Shown here piece after piece: positions 1 to 9,744 of a DNA stretch of 55,835 nucleotides. The position numbers and the translations under genes were made by a program. This DNA comes from Promethearchaeia archaeon. GTDB taxonomy: Archaea; Asgardarchaeota; Lokiarchaeia; Sigyniarchaeales; SOKP01. The stretch spans positions 1 through 55,835 of the forward strand of contig JAWOCD010000034.1 of assembly GCA_046483985.1 (NCBI GenBank). The letters are read 5' to 3'. The first letter of the stretch is position 1; each line of letters opens with the position of its first letter. The notes beneath the pieces were generated by a model. The model made no database searches and had not been told where the DNA came from. It worked only from the letters and a program-made list of their open reading frames with translations.

Positions 1-7
1 TAATCTT

Positions 8-121
8 TTTTTTATATTCTATTTTTTATATTCTATTTTTTATATTCTATTTTTTATATTCTATTTTTTATATTCTATTTTTTATATTCTATTTTTTATA
101 TTCTATTTTTTATATTCTATT
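8..121. repeat. Perfect tandem repeat, 8 x 14 bp (TTTTTTATATTCTA)
   Basis: The single C recurs at 19, 33, 47, 61, 75, 89, 103 and 117; units are identical with no spacers. Confidence 0.97.
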
Positions 122-124
122 AAT

Positions 125-177
125 AAAGGTAAAAGAATACCCTGTCTTTTAGGACGAGGATGAATTTTGCCCTAATT
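125..177 (+). mobile_element. IS200/IS605-family left-end-like hairpin
   Basis: AAAGAATACCCTGTC-TTTTA-GGACGAGGATGAA; 46/53 nt identical to the reverse complement of 9351-9403; directly upstream of a tnpB relic. Confidence 0.7.
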
Positions 178-236
178 TTAGCCCGAGAACCGCATTAACC
201 AAAAGATTTAAATAACGGAAACTCAATATAAAATGT

Positions 237-497
237 ATGCTTCGGACTCATAGTTTAGAATTGAAACTAAATAAATAACAACAGCGAATTCTAAAGACTA
301 TTTTGGTCAAAAATAGTGCTATCTGGAACTGAGTTAATATTACAGAAGACAATCCTTTTTCGATAAGGAATAAGATGTTCCATCCTATACAAGGTAATAA
401 CACCGACTTAAAACATCATGAACTCTCTAAAGAATTAGGTTCTGCGTATTCTCAACAAATATTTGTGAGATCTATGAATCTGAATAACTTTTCATAA
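237..497 (+). pseudogene. tnpB: TnpB N-terminal relic
   Basis: MLRTHSLELKLNKIQQRILK...SAIWN*VN...DLKHHELSKELGSAYSQQI resembles the TnpB N-terminus; internal TGA, apparent frameshifts, truncated. Confidence 0.65.
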
Positions 498-546
498 TAC
501 TTACAAATTTTTAAGTTTTAATTAACTCATTATTTTTATAAATATC

Positions 547-1515
547 ATGCTAGAAATTACTATTGCATTTATAATACTTATAGGCGGTATTATATTAATT
601 GCTTTCTCCAGTGATTTGGCTGTTGAACATTCAGCTTCGCTTGCGGCTAGTTTGGGAGTTTCAAGTTTGGTGATTGGAATTACATTAGTTTCCATTGGAA
701 CGGATGTATCTGAGATTTTTAATTCATTGATGTCGAGTTTTATAGGACATGGAGACATTAATGTAGGTAATTCAGTGGGGTCAGTTTTAATACAATTAAC
801 TCTTGTTTTTGGACTTTTACCTATATTAACCGGAGAGTTTAGAGTAAAAAAGAAATCATTTCTCATGATTGGCTCATGTGAGATTCTCTCTCTTATATTA
901 ATTTTTACTGTCGTAGAAAAGGGATATATTACGAGGCTTGACGCTCTTTTTATGATGGTCAGTTTTATCTTCTACACAATGGTAACTTATAATAGTACTA
1001 AAAGCGATATGCTTACCCATGTCGACTTGATGCTGGAACCCCATCCAGAAACTTTACTGCAAGAAAAGTTTCATTATTTGAGTCTTGCGATTATTGGATT
1101 TATAGGGGTTGCTGTTAGTTCATATTTTATTGTCGAGAGTATTATATTTTTATCAAGTAAACTTAATTTTAGTGAATATACAATTAGTTTCTTTGTTTTG
1201 AGTCTTGGTACTGGTCTACCAGAACTTACTGTCTGCACATCTGCCTTACGAAAAAAGCATTATAACATAGCGATCGGAAATATCATCGGTAGTTGCATCG
1301 TGGATGCCACACTCTCAGTAGCTATTGGTCCATTTTTCTTTCCTCAAGAAATTTCAGCTAGTATAGCAATTCCTACTATTCTCTATACCATATTTGCTTC
1401 TTTAATTGTAATTATTGTAGTCGCAAAAAGAGAGGTTATGGATAAAAAATCTGGGATCTTATTTATAGGCCTTTTTCTACTCTCAATTCCACTATTATTC
1501 TCTACTCTATTTTAA
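547..1515 (+). CDS. Na+/Ca2+ antiporter (CaCA, YrbG-like)
   Basis: Two alpha-repeats (SIGTDVSE...GNSVGS; SLGTGLPE...GNIIGS); about 10 TM segments. Confidence 0.88.
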   Translation: MLEITIAFIILIGGIILIAFSSDLAVEHSASLAASLGVSSLVIGITLVSIGTDVSEIFNSLMSSFIGHGDINVGNSVGSVLIQLTLVFGLLPILTGEFRVKKKSFLMIGSCEILSLILIFTVVEKGYITRLDALFMMVSFIFYTMVTYNSTKSDMLTHVDLMLEPHPETLLQEKFHYLSLAIIGFIGVAVSSYFIVESIIFLSSKLNFSEYTISFFVLSLGTGLPELTVCTSALRKKHYNIAIGNIIGSCIVDATLSVAIGPFFFPQEISASIAIPTILYTIFASLIVIIVVAKREVMDKKSGILFIGLFLLSIPLLFSTLF

Positions 1516-1770
1516 TTCTCTCCTATTTTTTTCTCAAACTAAGCAAGTGTTGATATTGCCATTCTTTTTTTTGGGCTACGATTGTTTTTTTGTTTATATA
1601 ACACATTAGTACAGAAATTGAGCATTTAAATCAATTTTTTGGAAAATAATGGAAAGAATATCACATTTAAATCATATTTTTTAGGATATTCTGAAATGAA
1701 TATAAATACTAAGAGTAACTAAATCTAATTGTAATCAATAAAATAATTTTAAAAAAATTGATGATAAAAT

Positions 1771-3318
1771 TTGCGAACAGTTAAAGAATATAAAGACGCT
1801 CTATACAATATGCGTCCCAATATCTGGATTGGCGATGAAAAGGTAGGACGGGATGATTGGCGAATAAAAGGTGGTATTAATATAATTAAAGAGACTTATG
1901 CATGCGCGCAAGACCCCAAATATGAAGACCTCTGTACAGCAACTTCGCATTTTACGGGTAAGAAAATCAATCGATTTACCCATATTCATCAGAATAAGGA
2001 AGACCTCTATAAAAAGCAGAGGATGACACGTGTATTATGTCACCGTGTGGGAGGATGTATTCAGAGGTGTATGGGTATTGATGCACTTAATGCTCTATCG
2101 GTAGTTACGTATGAATGTGATGAAGCTCTGAAGACCAATTATTATGAACGTTTTAAAAAATACATGATTAACTTTCAAAATGAAGATCTAAGTGCTTCTT
2201 GCGCTTCAACAGATGCGAAAGGCGACAGATCGAAGAGACCTCATGAGCAAGAGAATCCGAACGCATATCTGCGGATTATTGAGTCACGTGATGATGGCAT
2301 AGTCGTTCGAGGAGCCAAGCAATGTATTACAAATACGCCTTATGTTGATGAGATTCTTGCGGTTCCATGTCGATATTTGGGTCCAGAAGATAATGAATAC
2401 GCAGTTTCGTTTGCAATACCCGCGGACTGGGAAGGGATTAAAATTTTAGCCAGACCTGCTTGGGTTCACGGTGTTCAAGATCTGCCAGAAGATTATGATT
2501 TTCCCACTATGAAACTTGGTGATGTTGAGGCTTTTATTATCTTTGATGATGTTTTTATCCCCAAGGAACGAGTCTTTCTTAATGGTGTAGAAAATCCAGA
2601 TGCCACAGCATATGGTGGATTTTTAGCTCTTCTTTTTGCCCATTTTCACAGACATTCCTATACGGGCTGTAAGCCTGCTGTCAGCGAAATTTTAGCAAGT
2701 TGTTGTGAATTGGCTGCAGAATATAATAATATCGAAGACAAAAAGCATGTAACTACTAAGATTAGTCATATGGTCGGAACTGCAGAGTTGGTCTTTGCTG
2801 CAGGAGAATCAAGTGCATTACACTCTGAGAAATCTGCATCGGGTACTCAAGTACCAGATGAGATCTTAACCAACGCAGGAAGAAGGCTTGCGGGAGAAAA
2901 TATTTACGAAGAATATAAAATCTTGGCAGATATTAGTGGCGGAATCATCGCTACATTACCCTTCTTGAAAACATTTACAGATACTGAGATTGGACCGCTT
3001 GCTATGAAATATCTCAAAAGAAATCCCCGTGTTTCTTCAGAAAAAGCTCTCAAAATAATAAAAGGAATAGAAACATTGGCTGTATCGGATATCGCTGGCG
3101 TTTTACAAGTTGCCGGACTTCATGGGGGCGGATCTCCCCAGATGGAAACAATCGCAATGATGGGAAGATATCCAAGACGAGATTTAAAAAAAATTGCCAG
3201 CTATCTTTTTGGCATTAAAAGCAAGGCCAAGCGATTTGAACGCTCAGAAGATCCTGTTACACCCCGCGAATTACTGAAGCGCTATGAAAAAGCAATGAAG
3301 TGGAAGCATAAGGACTAA
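1771..3318 (+). CDS. abfD: 4-hydroxybutyryl-CoA dehydratase / HpaB family
   Basis: INRFTH, GGCIQRCMGIDA (Fe-S Cys), TDAKGDRS, FHRHSYTGCK, HGGGSP. Confidence 0.85.
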   Translation: MRTVKEYKDALYNMRPNIWIGDEKVGRDDWRIKGGINIIKETYACAQDPKYEDLCTATSHFTGKKINRFTHIHQNKEDLYKKQRMTRVLCHRVGGCIQRCMGIDALNALSVVTYECDEALKTNYYERFKKYMINFQNEDLSASCASTDAKGDRSKRPHEQENPNAYLRIIESRDDGIVVRGAKQCITNTPYVDEILAVPCRYLGPEDNEYAVSFAIPADWEGIKILARPAWVHGVQDLPEDYDFPTMKLGDVEAFIIFDDVFIPKERVFLNGVENPDATAYGGFLALLFAHFHRHSYTGCKPAVSEILASCCELAAEYNNIEDKKHVTTKISHMVGTAELVFAAGESSALHSEKSASGTQVPDEILTNAGRRLAGENIYEEYKILADISGGIIATLPFLKTFTDTEIGPLAMKYLKRNPRVSSEKALKIIKGIETLAVSDIAGVLQVAGLHGGGSPQMETIAMMGRYPRRDLKKIASYLFGIKSKAKRFERSEDPVTPRELLKRYEKAMKWKHKD

Positions 3319-3381
3319 TCCCGAATTTTAAACTTCAATCTCTTTTCTTTTTTCTTTAAAGAATTAGCAATTTTAAAAATT

Positions 3382-3434
3382 CTTTCGCCGAAAATTCTTT
3401 TTGGACCGTTGGTTTTTGGGATTTTCGGCGAAAG
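3382..3434. repeat. Perfect 14-bp inverted repeat
   Basis: CTTTCGCCGAAAAT (3382-3395) / ATTTTCGGCGAAAG (3421-3434). Confidence 0.85.
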
Positions 3435-3687
3435 TAATGGGGGTGTTTATGAGCTTTGCGAATACACCCATAATCCTTTGGAAATTTTTGAAAATTGCTT
3501 TTATGGAATATTTTCTAAGAAAAAAAAAAATATTTATAATAGGAAAAATTTTACAAAAAGACGAAAGCTTTCTTATAAGTTTTTAGAAAGCTGTTATAGG
3601 ATAAGCCGTTCGGCGTGTGAGAACCGCCTTACCGTGGCGTGACGGTCTTATATAATTAATATATCCACAGATGTTTGAAAATTTTCG

Positions 3688-4284
3688 GTGAGAGAAATGA
3701 CGAATAAAAGCATCAAAAAAGAATTAAAGAACTGGATTATCGTTGTGTCGGGAATTCCGCGCTCGGGAACCAGTATGGCGATGCAGATCTTAGAGGCTGG
3801 CGGCGTTCCTGTATTTACGGATAAAAACCGAACTCCAGATGTCAATAATCCTAAAGGATACTACGAAGTGGAGGCAGTAAAACGATTAGATAAGGACAAT
3901 TCCATAATTAAAAAGACCCAAGGGAAAGCAGTTAAAGTCATTTCTCATTTATTACCCCATCTTCCAGAAAAATTTAAGTACAAACTAATTTTTATGAAGA
4001 GGGATATTGAGGAAGTCATTCGCTCCCAACAGAAAATGCTGGGGAAAGATCCAGATGATTATCCCCAAGAATTGGAGGAAATTTTCCAAAAAGAAATCAA
4101 CAATTCCAAATCCTGGGCGAATTCCAGAGATAATGTGGAATTGATCGTGTTGGATTTTTCAAACATGATTCACACACCGGAACAAGAAATAGGGAAGATA
4201 ATCGACTTCTTAGGTCTGGAATTGGACAAAGATGCGATGGTCTCTGTGGTTGATCCCTCTTTATATAGGAGTAAAATTGAGTAG
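3688..4284 (+). CDS. Sulfotransferase family protein (start may be ATG 3697)
   Basis: PAPS-binding loop VSGIPRSGTS; NPKGYYE; MKRD...SQ. Confidence 0.8.
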   Translation: MREMTNKSIKKELKNWIIVVSGIPRSGTSMAMQILEAGGVPVFTDKNRTPDVNNPKGYYEVEAVKRLDKDNSIIKKTQGKAVKVISHLLPHLPEKFKYKLIFMKRDIEEVIRSQQKMLGKDPDDYPQELEEIFQKEINNSKSWANSRDNVELIVLDFSNMIHTPEQEIGKIIDFLGLELDKDAMVSVVDPSLYRSKIE

Positions 4285-4334
4285 ATGATATATTATTATA
4301 TTTCCTTAATAAACTAAAAACATATTAAGGAGAC

Positions 4335-6283
4335 GCAATTCAGGAACAAAATTCTTTATCGCCGTTAAAAATTCCTAACTTGTCTGTTAAAAAATTTTTG
4401 AGAAAAAAAACATTGTAATCAAACAATACTTCCTCGACAAAAATATTCTTTAAGCGTGAAAACCCAATTGCTGTGAGAGGGGTTATCTTTATTTTCTTCC
4501 CTTCACTCGTTTAATTATGACAGCGAAACCATCGAGAATTGAAAAACCAACAGTTCATACCTATTGGGAATCCGAAGAAGGAATGGAGTGTCCATTATGT
4601 GAGCAAAAACTGGTACACGAATTTAATGACGGCGGACGAGAAGTTCTAACCCTTGAAGGACCGCTTTGGGTTGTAACCAATTATTATAAATGCCTAAATC
4701 ACGATTGTAATCTTAATAAGGCATTTCCCATTGCCCATAGTTCTTGTATAAGACGGAAAAGACATTCAGTTGAAGTCTGGACCAAGATAATACAGCACCA
4801 TTTTAAGTTTCATTTGAACTACAGTCAAGTTGCCGAACTCATCTGGATAGATTGGAAAATCTCAATTTCAGCGGGAACCGTTCGCAATGTGTGCCAATAT
4901 TTTGAGATGGCTGGTAAAAAGCATAAAGATTCTGAGGTGAGAGAGGAAATAAGGGAAAATGGAAAAATATTCCTTTCATTAGATGGAGCTCAACCGGTTA
5001 AAGGTGAACCCGCATTATGGGTCTTTACAGACCGTCTTACCGATAATGTCTTACATGCCCAATTATTAGAAAGCGCCCCTGCAGAGGTTTTGCGGGAAAT
5101 CTACAAGGAGATTGAAGAAAAGTTTGGTGTACCGATTAAGGCTGTGATCTCGGATAAACAACAAAATATCGTTAATTCGGTGAAGGATTTTAATCCGGAC
5201 ATACCGCATGCCTATTGTCAATATCACTTCTTGAATCATATTTTTGAACCCATTACCTCTAAAGACGCTCATTTACGCACGCAACTTAAAAAACGAGTGA
5301 GATCATTTTCGCTTGTTCAAAATAAACCTATAAAGGAGGGAGAAGAAGCAATAACTAATGACTCGCCGGTTGCAGAAATATTTTTGCCGATTTCTGAAGA
5401 GCTGGAATGTGCGATCTCCGCTCGCAGTAATAATTTCGATAGATTTGCGGGAAAAGAAATATATCAGAATTTAGAATACGTGCTTTCCCGTTTGGAGGAG
5501 GTTGATACCAGGGGTTTATCAAAGCGGATTTTGCGCTCTTTTCGTACGCTGGTGAATAATCTGAAAGCATTATTGAAAACCACGCACTCATTATATAAAG
5601 ATATTTGTTCTTTAGTGCGCGATTTCCAATGGCTTAGAGCCATTTTCACCCATCGGGAATGGTCAGGGGAACGTATTAAGAAATGGGTTAAAAAATGGCT
5701 CTCGGTCCTTTATACACGGCTCAAATTAGCGGGTTTAGAACACCATGCAACGCATTTAAAATGGCAATATTCTTCTCATAGCATGACAATTCAAGAAGCT
5801 TGGCAACAATGGATTCGTCTTGAAAACTCATATAGCGAAGGGCTCTACTGTGCCTATAATGAGTCTGATTTAGATTTTACAAATAACGCCAAAGAACGAT
5901 TATTTCACCATTCAAAAGCTCACTTCAAATCCCTATTCGGTCGTCAAAATATCGCCCGGGCATACCAGTCACGAGGGGGGCTTTATGCCCATTTTATTGA
6001 TTTTGATTATTCCGATGAGCATATCTCCAGCGTGCTCTTAGCAAGTGAAGTTCCGTTAATTGAAGCCAATCGGCGAAAGCATAATGCGGTATATGCCGTA
6101 GAACGCCCAAAATGGCGCATTCGAAGAGAAAAAACCGAGAATTTTAATCGGTTTAAAAACAATTTGGAGGTATTAAAACAAAAAGAGTGAATTCTCTCAA
6201 GTAAGTATAGTTTGATTATAATGAAAAAAAAGATAAAAAAATGCAATTCGATTAAAGATATTATCATACAGCACCGGAATTGC
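4335..6283 (+). mobile_element. Putative insertion sequence; boundaries tentative
   Basis: GCAATTCAGG (4335-4344) and CCGGAATTGC (6274-6283) form a 9/10 inverted repeat around the transposase; no target duplication seen. Confidence 0.4.
4517..6190 (+). CDS. DDE transposase with N-terminal Zn ribbon (family not assigned)
   Basis: CPLC...CLNHDC; HTH; LSLDG / VISD / CQYH / TNNAKE catalytic pattern with CxxH. Confidence 0.85.
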   Translation: MTAKPSRIEKPTVHTYWESEEGMECPLCEQKLVHEFNDGGREVLTLEGPLWVVTNYYKCLNHDCNLNKAFPIAHSSCIRRKRHSVEVWTKIIQHHFKFHLNYSQVAELIWIDWKISISAGTVRNVCQYFEMAGKKHKDSEVREEIRENGKIFLSLDGAQPVKGEPALWVFTDRLTDNVLHAQLLESAPAEVLREIYKEIEEKFGVPIKAVISDKQQNIVNSVKDFNPDIPHAYCQYHFLNHIFEPITSKDAHLRTQLKKRVRSFSLVQNKPIKEGEEAITNDSPVAEIFLPISEELECAISARSNNFDRFAGKEIYQNLEYVLSRLEEVDTRGLSKRILRSFRTLVNNLKALLKTTHSLYKDICSLVRDFQWLRAIFTHREWSGERIKKWVKKWLSVLYTRLKLAGLEHHATHLKWQYSSHSMTIQEAWQQWIRLENSYSEGLYCAYNESDLDFTNNAKERLFHHSKAHFKSLFGRQNIARAYQSRGGLYAHFIDFDYSDEHISSVLLASEVPLIEANRRKHNAVYAVERPKWRIRREKTENFNRFKNNLEVLKQKE

Positions 6284-6295
6284 AAAAGTTCCATC

Positions 6296-9037
6296 TTAGA
6301 AATAGTTTTTTCGAATAAATTTCCTTAATTCGTCTCCGATAAATACAGTACTCGAAATTAGGGCTATAAATAACCAATCTTCAATTGATAGAGGAACGGT
6401 ACCAAGTAGAAAATTCAGTATAGGCAAATTGATGGCGAAAATTAGAAACACGACCGAGACCACTATAGCGCCTATGAGATATTTATTTGAAAACACTCCT
6501 AATTCAAAGATGGATTTAGATCTTGATCGACAATTAAGAGAGTTAAAGACCTGGAATAAAGCAATAGTTATAAAAGCGATTGTTCTGGCTTTTATTATAG
6601 AGTCATATTTATTGAACCCATATATAAATGTAATCAATGTGCCCACCATCATCACAATTCCTACAAAAAAAATGTTTAAAAATATTTCTCTATTAAATAT
6701 AGGTTCATCGGGCGGTCGAGGGGGTTGTGACATTACATCACTTTCTTTTCCTTCCATTGCTAATGTGATATCTAATACTCCATCGGTTACTAAATTTACC
6801 CATAGAATTTGTACTGGGGTAAAAATAAGAAAAAGGTCACCAAACAAAAACGGAAATAAAAATAACGTTGTCAAGATTAATAAATCTTCGCCGACATTGG
6901 TACAGATCAGATATTTTACGACTTTTCTTATATTTTGGAATACGACTCGCCCTTCTTCAACAGCATTTACAATACTAGCAAAATTATCATCTGTTAATAC
7001 CATTTCTGCCGATTCTTTAGCGACATCTGTTCCGCTTATTCCCATGGCTATACCAACATCTGCTGATTTAAGAGCGGGGGCATCATTTACTCCGTCACCT
7101 GTCATACAAACTACATGGTTTTTGCGCTTTAAAGATGAGACGATTTTAAATTTATCTTCAGGAGTAACTCGGGCAAAAATGCTAATTTTCTCTATTTTTC
7201 CATCAAGTTCCTTCTCATTCATCTTTTTTAGCTCCTCTCCAGTCATAGTCAATGATCCCTCTTGATGCAGACCAATTTCAGTCCCTATTGCTTCCGCCGT
7301 AATTTTATGATCCCCTGTTGCCATAATTACATTAATTCCTGCTCTTCTACAAATTTTAATAGAGTCTTGGACCATAGATCGGGGAGGATCAATCATTCCC
7401 ACTAATCCGAGGAAATTTAATTTTTTTTCTCCTTTTTCTAAACCCTCTTTAAAGTTTTCAATTTGATCTTTCTCTATTGTTTGAGTGGCAAATGCTAAAG
7501 TTCTAAATGCATCTTTTGCCATCTCAGAGTTTATTTCATTAAAAGTCTCAATCTCTTTCTCTTTCAACTCCTTCATTGATCCATTAATGCATACCTTTGA
7601 GCATAAGTTCAACACAACTTCAGGAGCTCCTTTTAGATATACCCTTATCTTATTTTTGGGGCTTTTGTGAAAGGTAGCCATAAATTTTAAGGTTGAATTA
7701 AATGGAATTTCATCAACACGTCTATAATATTCTTCCTCTTCTTCTTTAAAAATTCCTTTCTTAGCCGTTAAAACTAATAACGCTGCTTCTGTAGGATCTC
7801 CATATACCTCCCATTTATATTCATCCTCCAATTTATGAAGCCTGAGACGCGCATTATTGCATAGAGCTGCGGTATGTAAGAACAAGTCTAGACACTTTAT
7901 CTTATCTTTCTCAATTTCTTTATCATCAATTAAAAATTTACCTTCTGGAGTGATCTCCGTACCTGTAACATCAATAAAGTTGTTTTCTACAAAAATCTTA
8001 CGTGCCGTCATTTGATTTTCTGTTAAAGTTCCAGTCTTATCGGAGCAAATTACTGTAGTCGCACCTAACGTATCAACGGCATCCAATTTGCGGATAATTG
8101 CTTTACGCTCCGCCATTCTATTAACTCCAACTGCTAAAGTTATTGTCAGTACAACGGGCAAACCTTCAGGAATAGCAGAGACTGCAGATGCCACAGCAAA
8201 AAAGAACATTTCAAATAGTTCAATACCTAATATAAACCCTACAAGAAATGTAGTACCACTTGAAATTAAGGCTATTAATGCAAATATTTCTACTAATTTT
8301 GAAACTTTTTTCTGAAGGGGTGTCTTTTCTTGTTCTGTACTTTTCATTAAATCGGCTATTTGACCCATTTCTGTACTCATCCCCGTTTCTACGACTACAC
8401 CTTTTCCCCTCCCCGCAGTAACTACTGTTCCCGCATAAGCGATGTTCGTTCTATCGGCTACATTTACATCCTCATTTAGAGTTTTTGTAGTTTTTTTAAC
8501 CGAAACAGATTCTCCTGTTAACATAGATTCATCAATTTCCAGATTTGTAGCTTCAAAAATTCTTGCGTCTGCGGCAACTTTATCTCCACCTTCAAGTAGA
8601 ATGATATCACCAGGAACCACCTCGGTGGATTTGACACGTTCCTCCATACAAGTTCCCTCTCTCGGACAGTCCCTAATTATGTCGGCCTCAGGGCTCACCA
8701 TCTCTTTTAATGCTTTTAAACTGGTTTCTGCTCTATACTCTTGTGTAAATCCAATTATTGTGTTGAAGATCACAACTATTCCTATGACAATTGTATCTGT
8801 ATATTTGCCAAATATAAATGTAATTATTGCGGTTACAAGAATGATATAGATTATCGGGTCTTTTATTTGCGCGATCAGAATGCTAAGTTTGCTTAGGGGT
8901 TCCTCTCCTTTGATTTTATTAGGTCCATATTTAGTTAATCGTCTTTCAACTTCTTCTTCTGTAAGACCTTTCGCCGAAGTATCCAATTTTTCGAAAATTT
9001 CTTCCGACTCAAGACTATGCCATTTCATTTTTATCAA
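6296..9037 (-). CDS. Cation-transporting P-type ATPase, P2A/Ca2+-type (start may be ATG 9028)
   Basis: TGES, IPEGLP, DKTGT, KGAPE, TGD, GDGVND. Confidence 0.95.
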   Translation of the reverse strand: MIKMKWHSLESEEIFEKLDTSAKGLTEEEVERRLTKYGPNKIKGEEPLSKLSILIAQIKDPIIYIILVTAIITFIFGKYTDTIVIGIVVIFNTIIGFTQEYRAETSLKALKEMVSPEADIIRDCPREGTCMEERVKSTEVVPGDIILLEGGDKVAADARIFEATNLEIDESMLTGESVSVKKTTKTLNEDVNVADRTNIAYAGTVVTAGRGKGVVVETGMSTEMGQIADLMKSTEQEKTPLQKKVSKLVEIFALIALISSGTTFLVGFILGIELFEMFFFAVASAVSAIPEGLPVVLTITLAVGVNRMAERKAIIRKLDAVDTLGATTVICSDKTGTLTENQMTARKIFVENNFIDVTGTEITPEGKFLIDDKEIEKDKIKCLDLFLHTAALCNNARLRLHKLEDEYKWEVYGDPTEAALLVLTAKKGIFKEEEEEYYRRVDEIPFNSTLKFMATFHKSPKNKIRVYLKGAPEVVLNLCSKVCINGSMKELKEKEIETFNEINSEMAKDAFRTLAFATQTIEKDQIENFKEGLEKGEKKLNFLGLVGMIDPPRSMVQDSIKICRRAGINVIMATGDHKITAEAIGTEIGLHQEGSLTMTGEELKKMNEKELDGKIEKISIFARVTPEDKFKIVSSLKRKNHVVCMTGDGVNDAPALKSADVGIAMGISGTDVAKESAEMVLTDDNFASIVNAVEEGRVVFQNIRKVVKYLICTNVGEDLLILTTLFLFPFLFGDLFLIFTPVQILWVNLVTDGVLDITLAMEGKESDVMSQPPRPPDEPIFNREIFLNIFFVGIVMMVGTLITFIYGFNKYDSIIKARTIAFITIALFQVFNSLNCRSRSKSIFELGVFSNKYLIGAIVVSVVFLIFAINLPILNFLLGTVPLSIEDWLFIALISSTVFIGDELRKFIRKNYF

Positions 9038-9255
9038 TAAATTATTTAAAATTGAGTTAAATTATTAGATTTAACTTTTCATAGAATTTTTTTAGATTTT
9101 GATAAATCCATTTGAGAATTTAAGAATTATGATTAATAATTATTAACCCCAACTTATAGGAATTTAGACATATTCATGATGGTATTTAAAATTTAACCTT
9201 ACTTATAGTGGATAAAAATAATGAAGTTGCTTTGATATGGCATAAGGAAGATCCG

Positions 9256-9299
9256 TTAGAGTGCGAGAAAGCACCGTCCTTTAGGGCGGTGATGATTCG
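9256..9299 (+). mobile_element. IS200/IS605 end-like hairpin
   Basis: TTAG-AGTGCGAGAAAG-CACCGTCC-TTTA-GGGCGGTG-ATGA. Confidence 0.7.
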
Positions 9300-9350
9300 T
9301 TTTCGAAGTATCGGTAGGGCATGTATAAGTAAGAAAGGCTTTCAGGATAG

Positions 9351-9405
9351 AATTAGGCCAAAATTCATCTTCGTCCTAAAGGAATGGGTTTTCTTTTGCC
9401 TTTAA
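9351..9405 (-). mobile_element. IS200/IS605 left-end-like copy
   Basis: 46/53 identity to 125-177, on the opposite strand. Confidence 0.7.
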
Positions 9406-9437
9406 TGATAAAATAAAGAAAAGTGAATTTTTAGTGC

Positions 9438-9689
9438 TTAATCTTCTTGCATTTTCTGATTTTTCTCGAGGATATTTAAAAACTTTTCCATTACCTTTTT
9501 GTTTTTTTCAATCCTCTTTATGATTTTTCTTTTTTCCTCCTCTGAATCAGAATTTTTTGTTTCTTTAAAATCCTTCGTTACGCCGTCCAAGAAGGTCTTC
9601 CTTTTGTTGAGTTCCTTTTTTAACTCTTGAACCTTTTCTTCTTTTTGTTCAGCTTTTTTCATTGCATTTAGGATAATACGGTGTTTCAT
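9438..9689 (-). CDS. Small coiled-coil hypothetical protein
   Basis: 83-aa Lys/Glu-rich ORF with ATG start. Confidence 0.55.
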   Translation of the reverse strand: MKHRIILNAMKKAEQKEEKVQELKKELNKRKTFLDGVTKDFKETKNSDSEEEKRKIIKRIEKNKKVMEKFLNILEKNQKMQED

Positions 9690-9744
9690 TTCAAATTTAA
9701 GATTTTCTTGATTTTTTTTGCCAATATAGGATCGGTGAAATTTA

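Noticed and set aside
8-121. CRISPR array
   Set aside because: Contiguous 14-bp units with no spacers and no cas genes
330-332. In-frame TGA in the tnpB relic as Sec
   Set aside because: Not a Cys-homologous site, no SECIS, and the region has other lesions
3401-3642. 61- and 77-aa ORFs upstream of the sulfotransferase
   Set aside because: TTG starts, low complexity, overlapping hairpins and an A10 run
6429-8849. Long plus-strand ORFs (278, 135, 75 and 61 aa) and similar antisense ORFs over leuA, gdh, SLC13, MscS and nrdJ
   Set aside because: Reverse-frame shadows of well-supported genes, with no motifs
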